Source of the DNA: Sminthopsis crassicaudata | Lineage: Eukaryota | Direction of reading: 5' to 3' | Assembly (NCBI RefSeq): GCF_048593235.1 | Contig: NC_133619.1 | Span: 635,106,558-635,170,557 of the forward strand | DNA: 64,000 bases | Shown here: one piece after another, positions 10,393 through 23,812 of the stretch | Layout: every line of letters starts with the position of its first letter | Numbering within the stretch: the stretch's first letter is position 1 | Program-made: the position numbers and the translations under genes | The notes under the pieces: generated by a model | The model's database searches: none | The model's input: the letters and a program-made list of their open reading frames with translations, nothing else | Told to the model about the DNA's origin: nothing

Positions 10393-11803
10393 CTGTGGGG
10401 AGAAGGAACAAGATGCCCAGGCCAGGGAGCAAGGAGGAAGTCAGGGCTGGAGGAAGAGGGAAAGGCTGCAGTGGGATCCAGGATTAAGAAGGGCTTGGTC
10501 TGAATGAATAAACTAGTAAATATACTAATGGAAACAAGTATCAGGTGAGCAGTTACTTAGTAGCTGCATTCACTGAATGAGATGGTGCTGACTTTTTTAA
10601 GGCACTGAGATGGAGAGCTAGATGGGACCTCAACAGCCTCCAGGTCCAATTCCCTCGTTTTCCAAAAGAGGAAACTGAGGCTTGGGGAGGTTCATGGATT
10701 CCTCGGTCCCTCAGGAGTCATCTGAGCCAATCTTCTCATTTTAAAGAGAAAGAAACTGAAGTCCAAAGATGAAGCTCAAAATCCCTTAGGTAGTAAGGAG
10801 GAGAATGGGATTATATACCTCAGAAACTCTGACTCCACACTCTGCCACTTACAAGTGTCACTGAGCTCTGAGACTCAGTTTCCCCATCTGTGATCTGAGA
10901 GGGTAGGACCCTTCCAGCTCAAATCTCTGCTCCTATGATACTACTCTTTTGCCTCATCATACCTGAATGTAACCATGGGCTTTGTAGGCTGTCCCAGAAG
11001 GAGCCTCTGAATACAATACAAATCCCACAAAGACTCCATCAGCTTCCGGAGGACTGGCCCAGCTCAACATCCCCTGGCCTGGTCTCCAAGAGGCTGACCC
11101 CTTGGAGATGAATTCACTGGCCAAGGAGCCTCATGAAAAGGCAGGAAGGGGCTACAATCTGTACTCTGGAGGGAGGACACATCAAGGAGAGCCCAAATCC
11201 AATTTTACCACCACCATTTGTCCAATATCTCTTCTCTGTCTTAGCCAAACTTCTTGGAGGGAAAACCTGTCAGGGGTGGCTAGATGGTGGCCCTGGAGCC
11301 AGGAAGGCCTGAGTTCAAAACCAGGCTCAGATACTTCACACTTCCAAGCTGTGTGATTCTGGACAAGTTACTTACTGCTTTTCTCCTTAACCCTTTGCAG
11401 TCTCGTGTCCTTAGCCAACTGAAACTGCTCCTTCTGAGGTTACCACTGACCTTAAAGTGCTGGTTCCAATGGTCTTTCCTCTGGCCTCCCCTTCTAGAGC
11501 TCTCTGCTGGGTCCAACTGTTCATTCTCCTCATTATTCTCTCCTCTCTGGGTTTTCTGGCCACTGCTCTTTCTTGATTCTCCCCCCACCTCTCTGACCTC
11601 TCCTCAATCTCATTAGTTCATCATCCACATCACACACAATAATCCTGGCTCCTCTTCTCCTTGTGTGGTCTCTCCTTTATCAGCTCCCATGGCTTCCATG
11701 AAAATGAAATGAGACTTAATGAAAATCTGGATATCCATCCCTGGTCTGTCCGCTGACTTTCAGCCCCACATCAAATCTTCTCTTTTTGTAATTTCCCTCT
11801 TTT

Positions 11804-11998
11804 NNNNNNNNNNNNNNNNNNNNNNNNNNNNNNNNNNNNNNNNNNNNNNNNNNNNNNNNNNNNNNNNNNNNNNNNNNNNNNNNNNNNNNNNNNNNNNNNN
11901 NNNNNNNNNNNNNNNNNNNNNNNNNNNNNNNNNNNNNNNNNNNNNNNNNNNNNNNNNNNNNNNNNNNNNNNNNNNNNNNNNNNNNNNNNNNNNNNNNN
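11804..11998. other. Assembly gap (N run)
   Basis: Run of N; right flank is a minus-strand SINE head (11999-12070). Confidence 1.
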
Positions 11999-12703
11999 GA
12001 GGCCCAATTTGAAATTAGGTCCTCCTGACTTCAGGCCGGTGCTCTATCCACTGCGCCACCTAGCTGCCCCCAATTTCCCTATTTGGTTCCTCTCTTTGCC
12101 ACAGCCCTTGAATGTGGGAGGCTGTTTTTTCTTCCTATTTGTACATACGCAGCATTTCCCCCACTTTCTTGCCAGCTCTGACCAGCAGCTCCCACCTAAC
12201 CTGGTCTCTCTGCCTCTGATTTCTCCCCTCTCCAATCCATCCTTCGCCAAAGTACTCTTTCTGGTGTGGGGGTCTGGCCAGATCGTTTCTGTCCCACAAA
12301 CCCAGTGGTTCCCTATCACTGCCATGATCAAATATTAAACGCCCACTGAACACTCTTCATTCATCTACTCCGCCCTCCCCATGACACAGAGCTTCCCTTC
12401 CCAAGCAAAGTGGCACTTCTGCTGCCTCTTAGAGATGACCCTCCATCTCTGGCCTCTGCTGGCCCCCTTTACCTGGAGTGACTTCCCTCCTCCCCTATTT
12501 CCTAGAGCCCTCAGTTTCCCTCAGAATTTCTGGAGGAAGTCTTGCTAATTTCCCCAGCTGCCAGGGCTCTCCCCCCTCCCGGGGATTGTATTTCTTTGGT
12601 ACTTTCATGCCGTCTCCCCCGTAGAAGGCAGGCTGCCGAGAAGACCGTAATTTCTGTTTCTCTCCACCCCCTGGCAAAGAGTTGGCCAGAGTGGGGTCCT
12701 CAC

Positions 12704-13489
12704 CTCCCAGGGCCGAGTGCCATTCTTGGAGAAGCACCCGGAGGCGTTGCAGCCCAGGGAGCGGTGGAGGGCGTGAGCCACGCTGTAGACGGCCGCATAG
12801 ACAGCGAAGGTTTGGTGGTGTTGCAGGCCTGCCGAGATGTTCTTGTGGCTGATGTGGTCACACTGCGGACACTGCGGCCCAATCACGTCCTCCTCGGACA
12901 GGGACGGAGTCTCCCCAAGGCTGTCACAGAAGGTCTGGTTGGCGGCCTGGCTCAGGCACCGGGCCACGTAGTCGTCGAACTCAGGCAGCGGGGAACCCTG
13001 CAGGAGGAACCCCAGGATGGTGCCCATTCTCCAGATGCCGGGCAGCTTGACGACCTCCTCAGACACCAGCCAGGCTTCGCTGGCCACCCACACCTTGGGC
13101 GTGACCTGGGTCTGGATGCAGTACTGGAAGAGGATGCGGGCAGCCGTCGCCGTGGAGAAGAGCACCACCACCTGTACTGCGCTCTGGTTGATCTGCCCCA
13201 GGATGTTGCCCACCTTGCCCAGGTCCTGGAGGTTCTGGGCCTTGGACAGCGGCAGGATGCCCTCGTGGGCCACACAGATGCTGCGGTTGTTGGCCAGGCT
13301 GGAGAAGATGTTGAGCCCCTGGCGGCCGTACTCGTCGTCGCTGCCCAAGGCTGCCACCCAGTTCCAGCCAAACAGGTTCAGCAGCTCCACTATGGCCTCC
13401 AGCTGCACCCGGTCACTGGGGATCGTCCGGAAGAAGGATGGGAACGTCTCCCGGTTGCTCAGCCGGTCAGTGCTGGCCCCGTAGCTGAC
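12704..13489 (-). CDS. TAS1R3: TAS1R3 exon 3 (Venus flytrap domain)
   Basis: ttttcccgcAG|GTCAGC...TGGGAG|GTGAGG; 786 bp; [29 protein letters not shown]...[18 protein letters not shown]...[14 protein letters not shown]. Confidence 0.97.
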
Positions 13490-14110
13490 CTGCGGGAAAA
13501 AGAGGCTGGACCAGGAGTGTGGCCGACGGGCCCACGGCCAAGGCTGGTTAGGAGAGTGGAAGCCCAAAGGCAGGGGATTGAAGATCTCAGGAGGAGAGGG
13601 GGGCTTTGGTGAATGGGGATGGGAGCCTCCATGGGGTGCTCAAAAAAGGGGATGGGGGGTTCTGAGGGGGATGAGGGCTCAACAAGGGGGGATGGGGGCC
13701 TCTGGGAGGGATAGGGGCTCAATAAGGGGGATGAGGGTCTCTGGGAGGGATGGGGGCTGGAGGGACAATGCAACATGGAACATGGAACATTTCCTAAGTG
13801 GGATTGGGGGTTTATGAGTGGGAGTAGGGACGAGAACTCAATGTAGGGTGGTCTCCATTTGGATAAACCCAGGCTGTTTCCCGCCTTAACATTTAAGCTG
13901 CCCAAGCTTAGGAGGTAAAGCTGCTATTTGACACCAAGGCCTGGTTTTGTTCCCATGTCCAGGGGCTGTTTCTGGTGTTCTTCCCCCTCCTCCCCCAAGG
14001 CACTGCAGGAGACAGAAAGGTGACTCCCTGCCTGAGAGCAGGTTTGGGTCTGCAAGGAGCTGGGAAGGGAACTTGAATCAGCACCTGGCCCCACTCCCCG
14101 GCTCCCGTAC

Positions 14111-14411
14111 CTGGGGCATCAGGAAGAAACCGAAGAGCTTGCCCGTGATGAGGGCGAGCTCGGAGGAGTGGGGGCCGATGACCGCCACTACACGGGGCCA
14201 GTACTGGGTGTAGTTGCAGTAGGCGCCGAGGTCCTGGCTCCTGCTTTGTGACATAAACAGGAGGCTGGGCTTCATGGTGACCACGGGCAGGGAGCATGTG
14301 TCATAGAGGTCATAGCCCAGGGAGACGCCGGGCAGCAGGGCTGATGAGCTGTTAATCTCCTCGATGGCCATCTTCATGGCCAGGGCCCACAGCAGCCCTA
14401 TTGCTGAGAAC
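14111..14411 (-). CDS. TAS1R3: TAS1R3 exon 2
   Basis: aatgcAG|GTTCTC...CCCCAG|GTACGG; 301 bp; [20 protein letters not shown]...[10 protein letters not shown]...[24 protein letters not shown]. Confidence 0.97.
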
Positions 14412-16388
14412 CTGCATTGGAGGAGCCCCCAGTCTGAGCCTCAGAGCCGTGGCCCGGGACTCCAGTCTTAGGAAATCAGCCCTGAATGGTACACTGCCCC
14501 CTCCTCTGCTCCTTCTTAATGCTTAATCCTTCTTAAAGCATTAAGATGGTCCTCTTATTTAGTGTACAGATGAGCTGGACATCTCTGCCCTTACCCAGGA
14601 CAGAAATGCCCTGGAGCCCCTCCTTCTACCTCCTGCCCCTGCCTCAAGTTCTTTTAGGGCAGAAAATAGTCATCCATTAATAAATAGATTTATTAAGCAC
14701 CTACTATGTGCCAGGTCACTTGCTAAATTCTGGAGCTACAAAGAAAGGCAAAAGTCAGACCTCGCTCTGGAGAAGTTCACAATGTAAAAGGAGCGACAAC
14801 ATGCAAGCAAAGATGCACAAACAAGCTGTATAAAGGAGAAACGGGAAATAATCAGTGAAAAGAAGATGCTAGAATCGTGGAGGATTGATTGGGAGAACCA
14901 TCTGTAAGAGGTGGGACTTGAGAAGTTAGGAGAGTACATCAGGGGGTAGCTGGGGTCCCTTCCACTTCTAACCTATATACTGGAGAGACAATAGCAAATG
15001 GGCTCGGGATCAGGTAGACCAGGGCGCAAATCTTGATTTCAACGCTGGGCAGCAATAGCTAACACAGTGCTTTACGGTTTGCAAAGAACTCCTCCCCACA
15101 TATATATTATCTTATTTTGTTTTTATAACACCCCTGGGCAAACTACAATCTCTGTGGGTCTCATTCATCCATGTATTGAGTAGGGGGTGACATTATTGGG
15201 TCTCCCCATTAGGACAATGACTGATGGCTGAATGGAGAATAGGTGAGAGAGGCAGGCAGACCCCCCCCCAGCAGCTACTGTAGTAATCCAGATGTGAATG
15301 ACCCCCCCAGTTATTGCAATAATCCAGATGTGAAATAATGAGGGTCTGTAGCAGGATGGAGGCAGTATCAGGGGAGAGAGAAGGAGGACTCTATTTGAGA
15401 GACGGGGAAATCAGCAGGCCTTGGCAACAGGTTGGATGTGGGGGATGAGAAAGAAGGAGGAATTGGGGGAGCCTGGGGGACCGGGAGGCGGGTACTGCTC
15501 CCTCCAGTAAGAGGGAAGGTTGGGGTGGGGGAAGGGTTCTTGTCTTTATGATTCCTGCCAGCACTTTTTTGGTTGTTTGGGGAGGTGGGGAGAGGGCATT
15601 TCCTTAGCTGACAGATCAGAAGAATATGGGAAGCTCAGTCTTAATGAGAAGTTCCCTGGGAACATTGAGAGTAGGAGAGGGGACTTGCCCAGTGTTTAGT
15701 CAGATGTGTCAGAGTTGGGACTTGAATCCAGTCCCCCTCCCCATCCCCAGCTCCAAGGGCAGCTCTCCCTCTGCACTGCCATGGCTGCCTCTTCTTAGCA
15801 CATTAGCAGGTGCTTAATAAATAATCATTGACTGAGTAGGCCCTGGAGTATATTCTAGGGCAGTGTACCAGTCACTGAGATCCCTTGCCTTCCTTATCTG
15901 CTGCCCATCCCCTCCAGGGCTAACTCTCTACCAGGGGGCACCTCGACCCCCAGCTGCTTGCTGTCTAGGAACTCCCCCATCTCATTTACCTGACGCAGAA
16001 ATCCCAGAACCCCTGATCTCCCCCACTTCTGGGACACTGTCCTCCCCTTTACCTGGTCCACATGCCTGGGGGCTCTTCCCCTTATCTGTCTCACAGACCC
16101 CCAATCCTTCCCTCCACTTACCCGGCACAAAGGCCTTTTGGGATTTCCTCCCCTTCTTACCTGGTACTTGCCCCCCTACTCCTGGCTATAGACCTATAGA
16201 CCTATAGACCCTCCTGTTATCTGGGACAGATTCTCTGGAGCTCCCCTCTTCCCTGTTACAGGCTCCCTGAGGCTTTCCCCCTTACCTGGTACCCAGACTC
16301 CTGGTCTCCCCACTTCCACAGCCCCCTGTTTTGCCTAACACACACTCCCCCTCCCCTCCCAATCTCAGCCTTCCCCCTCCCCACATAC

Positions 16389-16576
16389 TTGGTGCACAGA
16401 ATCCCTTCTGGTCGGCTCTTCTTTGGAAGATCCTCGTCTCTGACCCCAAAGGGGAAGAGGCCGCCTAGGATGTAGTCCCCATTCAGCCTGAGCTGCCTGG
16501 AGATGCACAGCTTGGCCTGGGCAGGGCAGCAGGCCAGGCCCAGGCTCAGGCCCAGGCAGTGCAGGAAGGCCCACAT
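16389..16576 (-). CDS. TAS1R3: TAS1R3 exon 1 (signal peptide and start of VFT)
   Basis: ATG at 16576; MWAFLHCLGLSLGLACCPAQAKLCISRQLRLNGDYILGGLFPFG...ILCTK; donor AA|GTATGT. Six exons total 2565 bp = 854 aa plus stop. Confidence 0.93.
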
Positions 16577-17309
16577 GATGGAAGGGAGGTGCTCCTCACA
16601 GAAGGAAGCGCAGATAGACACCAAATGGAGGCAACCTGCAGCTGAGGATAGGGAGCAGAAGGCCTGGAGATTTGTTTAGCAAAACTCTCTCCCTTCTTGC
16701 TCCCTGGCTCCGGGCCCGCTAGGCAAATGGGCTGTGGGGCCAGGGGAACCAGGGCTGGATTTTAATACAGTTGCTTTACATAGCTCCATCGACAGAGGGT
16801 TTTGCACGCACTCTTGGCCCGGGCGGCCCAAGTGGGCTCAGCATTAGGATCGGCCTCAGTAGCCCCAGATACAGGACTATGAGTCCTGAATGACATAAGC
16901 TGGCCAGAGATGATCCTGAACCCGGAGGCAGGAGGTGCTTAATATTGTATCCTTCACACTTGCCTGCTTTCTGATCTTGGACAAATTGCACCCCCCCCCC
17001 CGTGAGGTTCATTTGTCCAATAAGGAGATTCATTCTTATACCCCACCCCTTGGGTAAGGTTGCTCTCAGCCCTAAAGGTTGTGATGATTAAAAAAGTTCC
17101 AGAGACTTAGTTTCTGGGCAACTTATTAGTTTTAACTAATGTTTTTATTTTTATTAAGAGGGCCAGCATATTATTAATAAAAGGATGGTCATTTGACTTT
17201 CTCCCAGTTCAAAAACAGTCATACAGTGGGCTCAGGGCTTATCTATCTGCCATGTATAGATGATTTTTTAAAAATGTATTTCTCAATTATCCTTTAAGAA
17301 TTTTTGAGT

Positions 17310-18233
17310 TCCAGAGATACCACTACACACCTGTTAGAATGGCTAGAATGACAGGAAAAGAGAATGACGAATGTTGGAGGGAATGTGGGAAAACTGGGAC
17401 ACTGATACATTGTTGGTGGAGTTGTGAACGAATCCAACTATTCTGGAGAACGATTTGGAGCTATGCTCAAAAAGTTCTCAAACTGTGCACATCCTTTGAC
17501 CTAGAAGTACTGAAAATTTTATTGGGCTTATATCCCAAAGAGATCTTAAAGGAGGGAAAGAGACCCACATATTTGTAGCAGCCTTTTTGTAGTGGCAAGA
17601 GACTGGAAACTGAGTGGATGCCCATCATTTGGAGATTGGCTGAATAAATTGTGGTATATGAATGTTATGGAATATTATTGTTCTGTAAGAAATGACCAGC
17701 AGGAGGATTTCAGAAAGGCCTGGAGAGACTTACAGGAACTGATGCTGAGTGAGCAGAACCAGGAGATCAGTATACACAGCAACAACAAAATTATACAATG
17801 ATCAATTCTGATGGACATGGCTCTCTTCAGCACTGAAATTATTCAAACCAGTCCCAATTGTTTAGTGATGAAAAGAGCCATCTACACTCAGAGAGAGGAC
17901 TGTGGGAGCTGAGTGTGGAACACAACATAGCATTCTCACTCTCTGTTGTTATTTGCTTGCATTTGGTTTTCTTTCTCAGTTTTCTTTTCCTTCCTTCTTG
18001 ATCTGATTTTTCTTGTGCAGCAAGATAACTGTATAAATATGTATACATATATTGAATTTAACAGGTAAATTTCATCATATATAACATGTATGGGACTACC
18101 TGCCATCTAGGGGAAGGAGTGGGGGGAAGGAGGGGAAAATTTAAAACAGAAGGTTTTGCAAGGGTCAATGTTGAAAATTTTCCCATGCCTATTCTTTAGA
18201 AATAAAAAGCTCTAATAAAATAAAAAAAGAAAA
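17310..18233 (+). mobile_element. 5'-truncated LINE-1 (ORF2 C-terminus, 3' UTR, poly(A)) with TSD
   Basis: RYHYTPVRMARMTGKENDECWRECGKTGTLIHCWWSC (L1 ORF2 cysteine-rich domain) and an A-rich tail. TSD aagaattt(t)tgagt at 17296-17309 and 18234-18246. Confidence 0.9.
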
Positions 18234-21200
18234 AAGAATTTTGAGTACTAAATTCTCCCCTTTATTCCTGTCCCTTGAGAAGGGAAGCAATAAGATACCC
18301 ACAATACATGTGAAGTCATGCAAAATATTTCCATATTAGTTATGTTGCAAAAGAAAACACCCCCTAAAAAAGCAATAAAATAATGTTAAAATAAAGTCTG
18401 CTTCAACCTGAACTAAAGGTTAATCAGTTCTTTCTCTGCACTACATGTCTATTAGTTCTTGAGCTAAATAACATTTTTTCCTCAATGGGTCTTTTGGAAT
18501 TATTGGGGTCATTGCCTTGAACAGAGCAGGTAAGTCATTAAACAATATTGCTGATACTGTGTACTCTGCTCACTTCACTTTGCATCAGTTCATGTAAATC
18601 TTCCCAGATTTTCCAAAACTCTCCTCATCCCTTCTTTTGCAGAATACTATTACAGGTGAGTTACCTACAGAAATCTTCCTCTAGGACCATAGGAATCATC
18701 ATTTAGAATGGGAAGGAACTTTAGAAACCAGTGAGTCTCCTACATCTCATACAGGATGAGACCCCCAGAAGTCGTAGTTTGCCCATGGCTGTTATCAAAA
18801 CAAAATGAGATAATGTATGTGAAAAAAGCTCTTTGCAGACCGTAACGCACTATGTTAGCTAGTGACTGTCCAGTATTGAAAGAGAGATGTGGATCCAAGG
18901 CTACAGGACTCCAAGCCCACGTATATTGTCTCTCTAGTTCTAGGTTAGAACTGGAAGGGACCTCAGAGGTCAGCTAGTGCAACCCCCTCCTCCATTTTCC
19001 TGGCCAGGGCTCTGCTGCCAGAGGAGGCTATTAGGATCAGCTGGAAGGGAGCAGGTCATCTCCTGATACACAGAGAGGAGAGGGGGACATCCAAGACCAT
19101 GCACCAAGAATGGCAGCAGGAGGGCTCAACCCCAGGCCTTTTAACCAGTTCTGTGCTCTTTCCCCTGGGTCTCAGAGATTCTCAAGCCTCCAGGGCTCCC
19201 CGAGATCCTTTGAGAATGGCTCCTGCCTGGGGATGCTGGGGCCAGGAGGGGGAGAAGGAAGAAGAACACAGGAGGTCTCCCCTTTCTTGTCTCCCAGGCA
19301 GAAATGGAAGTGAAGTCCATGGACCCAGAGAACTGACTGCAAGTAAGTGTCATTTAATCCCAAAGGACAAAGTCTGGTCTTCATGGAAAACATGGCACAG
19401 GGCTCTGCTGTTACTCCCTTATTTAAATGGAATACGCACTTGGTTTCATCAATATTCTCTTTTTTGGTTTTTCTTCGGAAGGTGGACTCTGTGTTGGTTA
19501 GTGATGGCTAAATTCACAATAAAATAAAAAATTATTTTTATTAAAATAATTTTAATAGAATAATAAATATTTTTATTAAAAAAAGAAAAAAAAAACACTG
19601 GTAAAGGATGGGCCAACAATTGGCAGTGCGGAGTCGCATGGCCCCAAAAAAGGAGGATTGGGAAAGGAGGTGATTGTGACAATGACCTGTTCCAGTTTCT
19701 CTGCCTGGGACACATGGTGACAAAGAAGGAAGAGGAAGTGGGCCAAAGGAGAGGTAACTCCTCCACAGAAACATGGCGGGCACTGAGGGCACCGTGGGAT
19801 TGTTAGTGAGAGGGAGGAGAGCGAAGTGGCTATAGAACTGACCTTGGCCCTGGGAAGTGTGTCTCTGATTCATCTGGCTGAATGATACCCGTCGCTGGCC
19901 TTCTTACTGATTTAGACCAGACCAGAAGTTGCCGAAAGATGCCAGCCTGAATTGGTGGAGGGAGTTCCCCTACTTGGGAGTTCCCTACAGCAATAAAATC
20001 ACAGAGCTAACTAGGTGACCTATATATAGGATCATAAATTTAGAGCTGACAGAGCCCTCAGAAGCCAACTAGTCCAGCTAGCTATGGGTATTTGACAGAA
20101 GAGGAAACTGAGGTCCAGATAGGTGATCAGTCTCAACGGCAGGATTGGAACTCGGTACCTCTGACCCTGGAGCTGGTTGTCTTTCCATCTGCCTGACTCG
20201 TGGGTGTGGTTCAGTGACTTGCTGAGATCCCATAGGGAGTAAATGGTTAATCAAACCTCCCCAGTAGAATGTGAGCTCCGAGGAGATAGGATTGTCCCTC
20301 CTGGATGCTCAGGACCCATCACAGTGCCTGACTCAAAGCTTCCTGGTTGTTTGATGAATTGAAAGAAAGTGGGTCCCCCAAATGGCAATACACAGGGGCA
20401 TGGGTGGATGGGGGGGTGACATAGGAGAAACTATATAAAGGAAGCTGCTGGAGAAATATATGCTTGGAAGAAGCAGGTCAAAAGCTCCCTTGGGATGCAC
20501 CTATCTAGAGAAATTGAGAAAGGCTCCCTGGCCACTGGACAGCCCCCCTTGTGGGGGATTATGGGAGGTTACAAGAGTCATCTGGAACTTGCCACCTGCC
20601 TTGATGGAAGGAGTTGAGGAGACTCCACATCCATTGGAACTTGGAGAGCCTCCAGTAAATCAGGACTTTTAAGTCATTTTTATCTCCTGGGTGATTTCTA
20701 AGGACCCCTTCTCTGAATCAAGTTTCTAAACGCATTAAATGAAATACATAGGAGTACAAAGAAAAGCAATTATATTGGAATTGTTATTAAAATTTTTTTG
20801 TTTAAAAAATCAGCAGATCCCATGTTAAGAACCTCTGACTGAGATTAATCCCTCTCATTTTAAAGATGAGGAAACTGAGGTGTAGAAAGACTGAGCTGCT
20901 GAGAACCCCTCCCTCCTTCAGCAAGGTGGGTCTGGGGCCTCCCCCCTCACCAGGAGGAATATGGTGCAGCAGGCTGACCCTCCCCTCCTCCCTTTTCCCC
21001 CTTCCCTGCCATACTGTGGGGCATAGGCCATGCAAATGGCCCCAGATCAACAGAAGGCAAATTCTGTCTCCGCTGGCACTTTATGCCAACAGATTGGGGA
21101 GCTGGGGCGGCTCCAGGTGGTGGCTCTCGGAGAAAGGAAGATCAGAGCCAGGGCATGGGGCAGAGACATGGACAGTCCGGGCAAGGGCCAAGGATGGGCC

Positions 21201-21295
21201 ACCTGGACACTGACTGTAAAAATCATGAGAGCTCCATCTCTGTGGCTTTCTCCTTTCAACAGTTCTTGAGTTAAGCAGGAGAAAAAGGGAAGGGT

Positions 21296-21641
21296 NNNNN
21301 NNNNNNNNNNNNNNNNNNNNNNNNNNNNNNNNNNNNNNNNNNNNNNNNNNNNNNNNNNNNNNNNNNNNNNNNNNNNNNNNNNNNNNNNNNNNNNNNNNNN
21401 NNNNNNNNNNNNNNNNNNNNNNNNNNNNNNNNNNNNNNNNNNNNNNNNNNNNNNNNNNNNNNNNNNNNNNNNNNNNNNNNNNNNNNNNNNNNNNNNNNNN
21501 NNNNNNNNNNNNNNNNNNNNNNNNNNNNNNNNNNNNNNNNNNNNNNNNNNNNNNNNNNNNNNNNNNNNNNNNNNNNNNNNNNNNNNNNNNNNNNNNNNNN
21601 NNNNNNNNNNNNNNNNNNNNNNNNNNNNNNNNNNNNNNNNN
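21296..21641. other. Assembly gap (N run)
   Basis: Run of N. Confidence 1.
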
Positions 21642-21890
21642 TTGCTGAAACTTGGCAAGAGATTTTTGGAGTTATGGGATAGATTTCCATCTTAAGGACT
21701 ATGCCTTAAACCCAAATCAGTCTGGCTCTCCTTGATAGTCCACAACAGCTCCAGGGCCAAGCCCTGATTACTCATTGCTTGGGCCCTGATTGGCTCAGAG
21801 GGAGTATAAATAGCTGTTGTTTCTGTTTGGGCCAGAAATCCCTAAGAGGAGCTTCCCTTTCCAGAATGATTTTTTTTTTTTTTTGACTAG
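21642..21890 (+). mobile_element. Possible LTR fragment with CCAAT and TATA boxes
   Basis: ATTGG at 21789-21793 followed by TATAAA at 21805-21810, LTR U3-like spacing. The 5' part is lost in the gap. Confidence 0.35.
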
Positions 21891-22539
21891 GTGCCTCATT
21901 CTTTGCCTCAGTTTCTACCTAGCCTTACCCCTTGTTTGGACATTGCTTTAGTCAAACTGAGACATGGGAAAAACCCTACCTTAAAAAGGCTGAAGCCTCC
22001 CGTTGCCTCCAGATCTCTGTCTTGCCACTGGACCCAGAGGGCCTCCCCTCTTTGGACTAGGGAGGACGGTGGCTGGTGGGTCTCTGGGGTTCAGCACATG
22101 GACAGTTCATTGTACTCCTTCAGCCCCTCCCCCTCAGCTTCTCTGGATAACTCATGGGGTTCAGGTACCTTCAGAGGAGCCTCTTTTGTAACCCCATCTT
22201 TATATTCTGCAGAGATGTTAATAATACGTCTGTTTCCTCTAAATAAAGTATCCCTCCTCTCTTCCACCACCATGCTGGACTGCCTTGATCTCTCATCCTT
22301 CATTGGCTGCCTAGGGGCCTGGGATGACATAAGGTTCCATTCTTGGGTGACCTGTCCCAGGGGGATTTGCGCTCTCTGTGGAATAAAGAATGTGTTAAAA
22401 AGGATCATAGTCCGGAACAAACCAGGAAGGGAGGGAGGGTTGGGGGCAGGAACTTGGGCCCAATGCTCCTTAAAGTCAGGAGCCCTGGGAGAATTTCACC
22501 CTGGGCGCAGTGGCTGCTTCATGGACACTTGGGAAGAGG

Positions 22540-22670
22540 CGGCTAGCTGGTGCCACAGTGGATAGAGCAGAGTTCTGGAGTCAAGAGGACCAGAGTTCAA
22601 ATCCAGCCTCAGATCCTTACAAGCTGTGTGACCCTGAACAGGTCACTTAACCCCACTGGTCTCCAAAAAC
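22540..22670 (+). mobile_element. Marsupial CORE-SINE
   Basis: ggcggctagctggtgccacagtggatagagc...gagttcaaatccagcctcagat...tgtgaccctgaacaggtcacttaacccc. Confidence 0.8.
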
Positions 22671-22979
22671 AAAACATCCCACTTGTTGAGCGGCTGCCTC
22701 TGCTTATTGTTTGGGATTCTCTACTCTGCCTCCTAACACCTTGTTGTCCTTGTGATGGAAGGGGACCAAAATGACATCACTATATTAAGTTTAAGTTAGT
22801 GTGTGTGATTGGCTGACAGACCAATAGGAGCTTGGAAGAAGGCTCTATCACAAGTTAGGCACAAAAAGGAACATTTGGGGTAGAGCCTCTCACTTTGCAC
22901 ATCTCACATTTCTGTGCAGCTACTGTGATAATAGAGTACCACAGCTTCTCTGATGAGGGCCTGCCATGCTGCGCCAGGG

Positions 22980-23560
22980 TCCGCCCTAATCAATCCCAAA
23001 GTTCTTAAGGAGAGTGTGTCCCTTGTGTTGTTTTTTTCTGACCATCTTGCCAGCACTTGCCTTAAGTTCTCCTAAAATAGTCTTTTGGGCAAGTGTATTT
23101 TTGGCATTCGGACAATGTTGCACTCACTCTCTTCAGTAAAATTAGACAGTTCAGAAAGACTCCAGTGTCTGGTGTCTGATCCTGCCACGAGATCTTCAGA
23201 ATCTCCCTAAGACAATTCAAATGGAAGCGATTCCATCTCCTAGCGTGGATCTGATAGACTGTCCAGGCTTCATAGTCAGACAACAATCAGCACAACGGCT
23301 CTCTAGACTTTCAATCTGATAGTCGGTCTAAACCTTTCTTCTCCTACACTTTCCTTCCGAACTACCCAAACACTGAGTCAGCTCTGGCAACATATGCGTC
23401 ATTGTCAATGGCTACATCCTTGGAAAGTTTACTACCAAGGTTAGTGAACTCGTCAACAGCATTCAGTATTTTCCCATTTGCTGTAAATGATGGTTCTACA
23501 TATGCATGTGTGGTGTTGGCTGATGTTGATCTGTGTCCTTGGTATTAACTGTTGGGCCAA
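22980..23560 (-). mobile_element. RTE-clade LINE remnant (reverse transcriptase C-terminal region)
   Basis: Degenerate translation AVDEFTNLGSKLSKDV..ID...ARADSVFG and EAWTVYQIHARRWNRFHLNCLREILKISWQDQTPDT, typical of RTE ORF. Confidence 0.8.
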
Positions 23561-23812
23561 AATTAGCTCAAGTGGCAGGACTTTCAGAACCCCTTTTGCA
23601 GGACCTCAATATCAGTCACCAAACTGTGCATCGGGGAAAGAGCACTCCTGCTCTTGGCACATCCTGCCTGTGGTCTTGGGAAGTCACTTAGCCTCCAGAG
23701 GCCTCAGTTTTCTCATTTGTAAAATGGAGATGTTGGACTGAGGCCTTTTCCAGTTCAAGAACATAATATGTTAAATTATTTCCCACTGAGGCTTTTGCAA
23801 AATAGTTTAAAG

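Noticed and set aside
12542-13612. 356-aa + strand ORF, the longest in the track
   Set aside because: Antisense shadow of TAS1R3 exon 3, explained by high GC3 codon usage on the other strand.
16186-16209. (ctatagac)3 in TAS1R3 intron 1
   Set aside because: Too short to distinguish from ordinary slippage.
22091-22420. 109-aa minus-strand ORF in apparently unique sequence
   Set aside because: No recognisable family, TTG start, no splice or promoter support.
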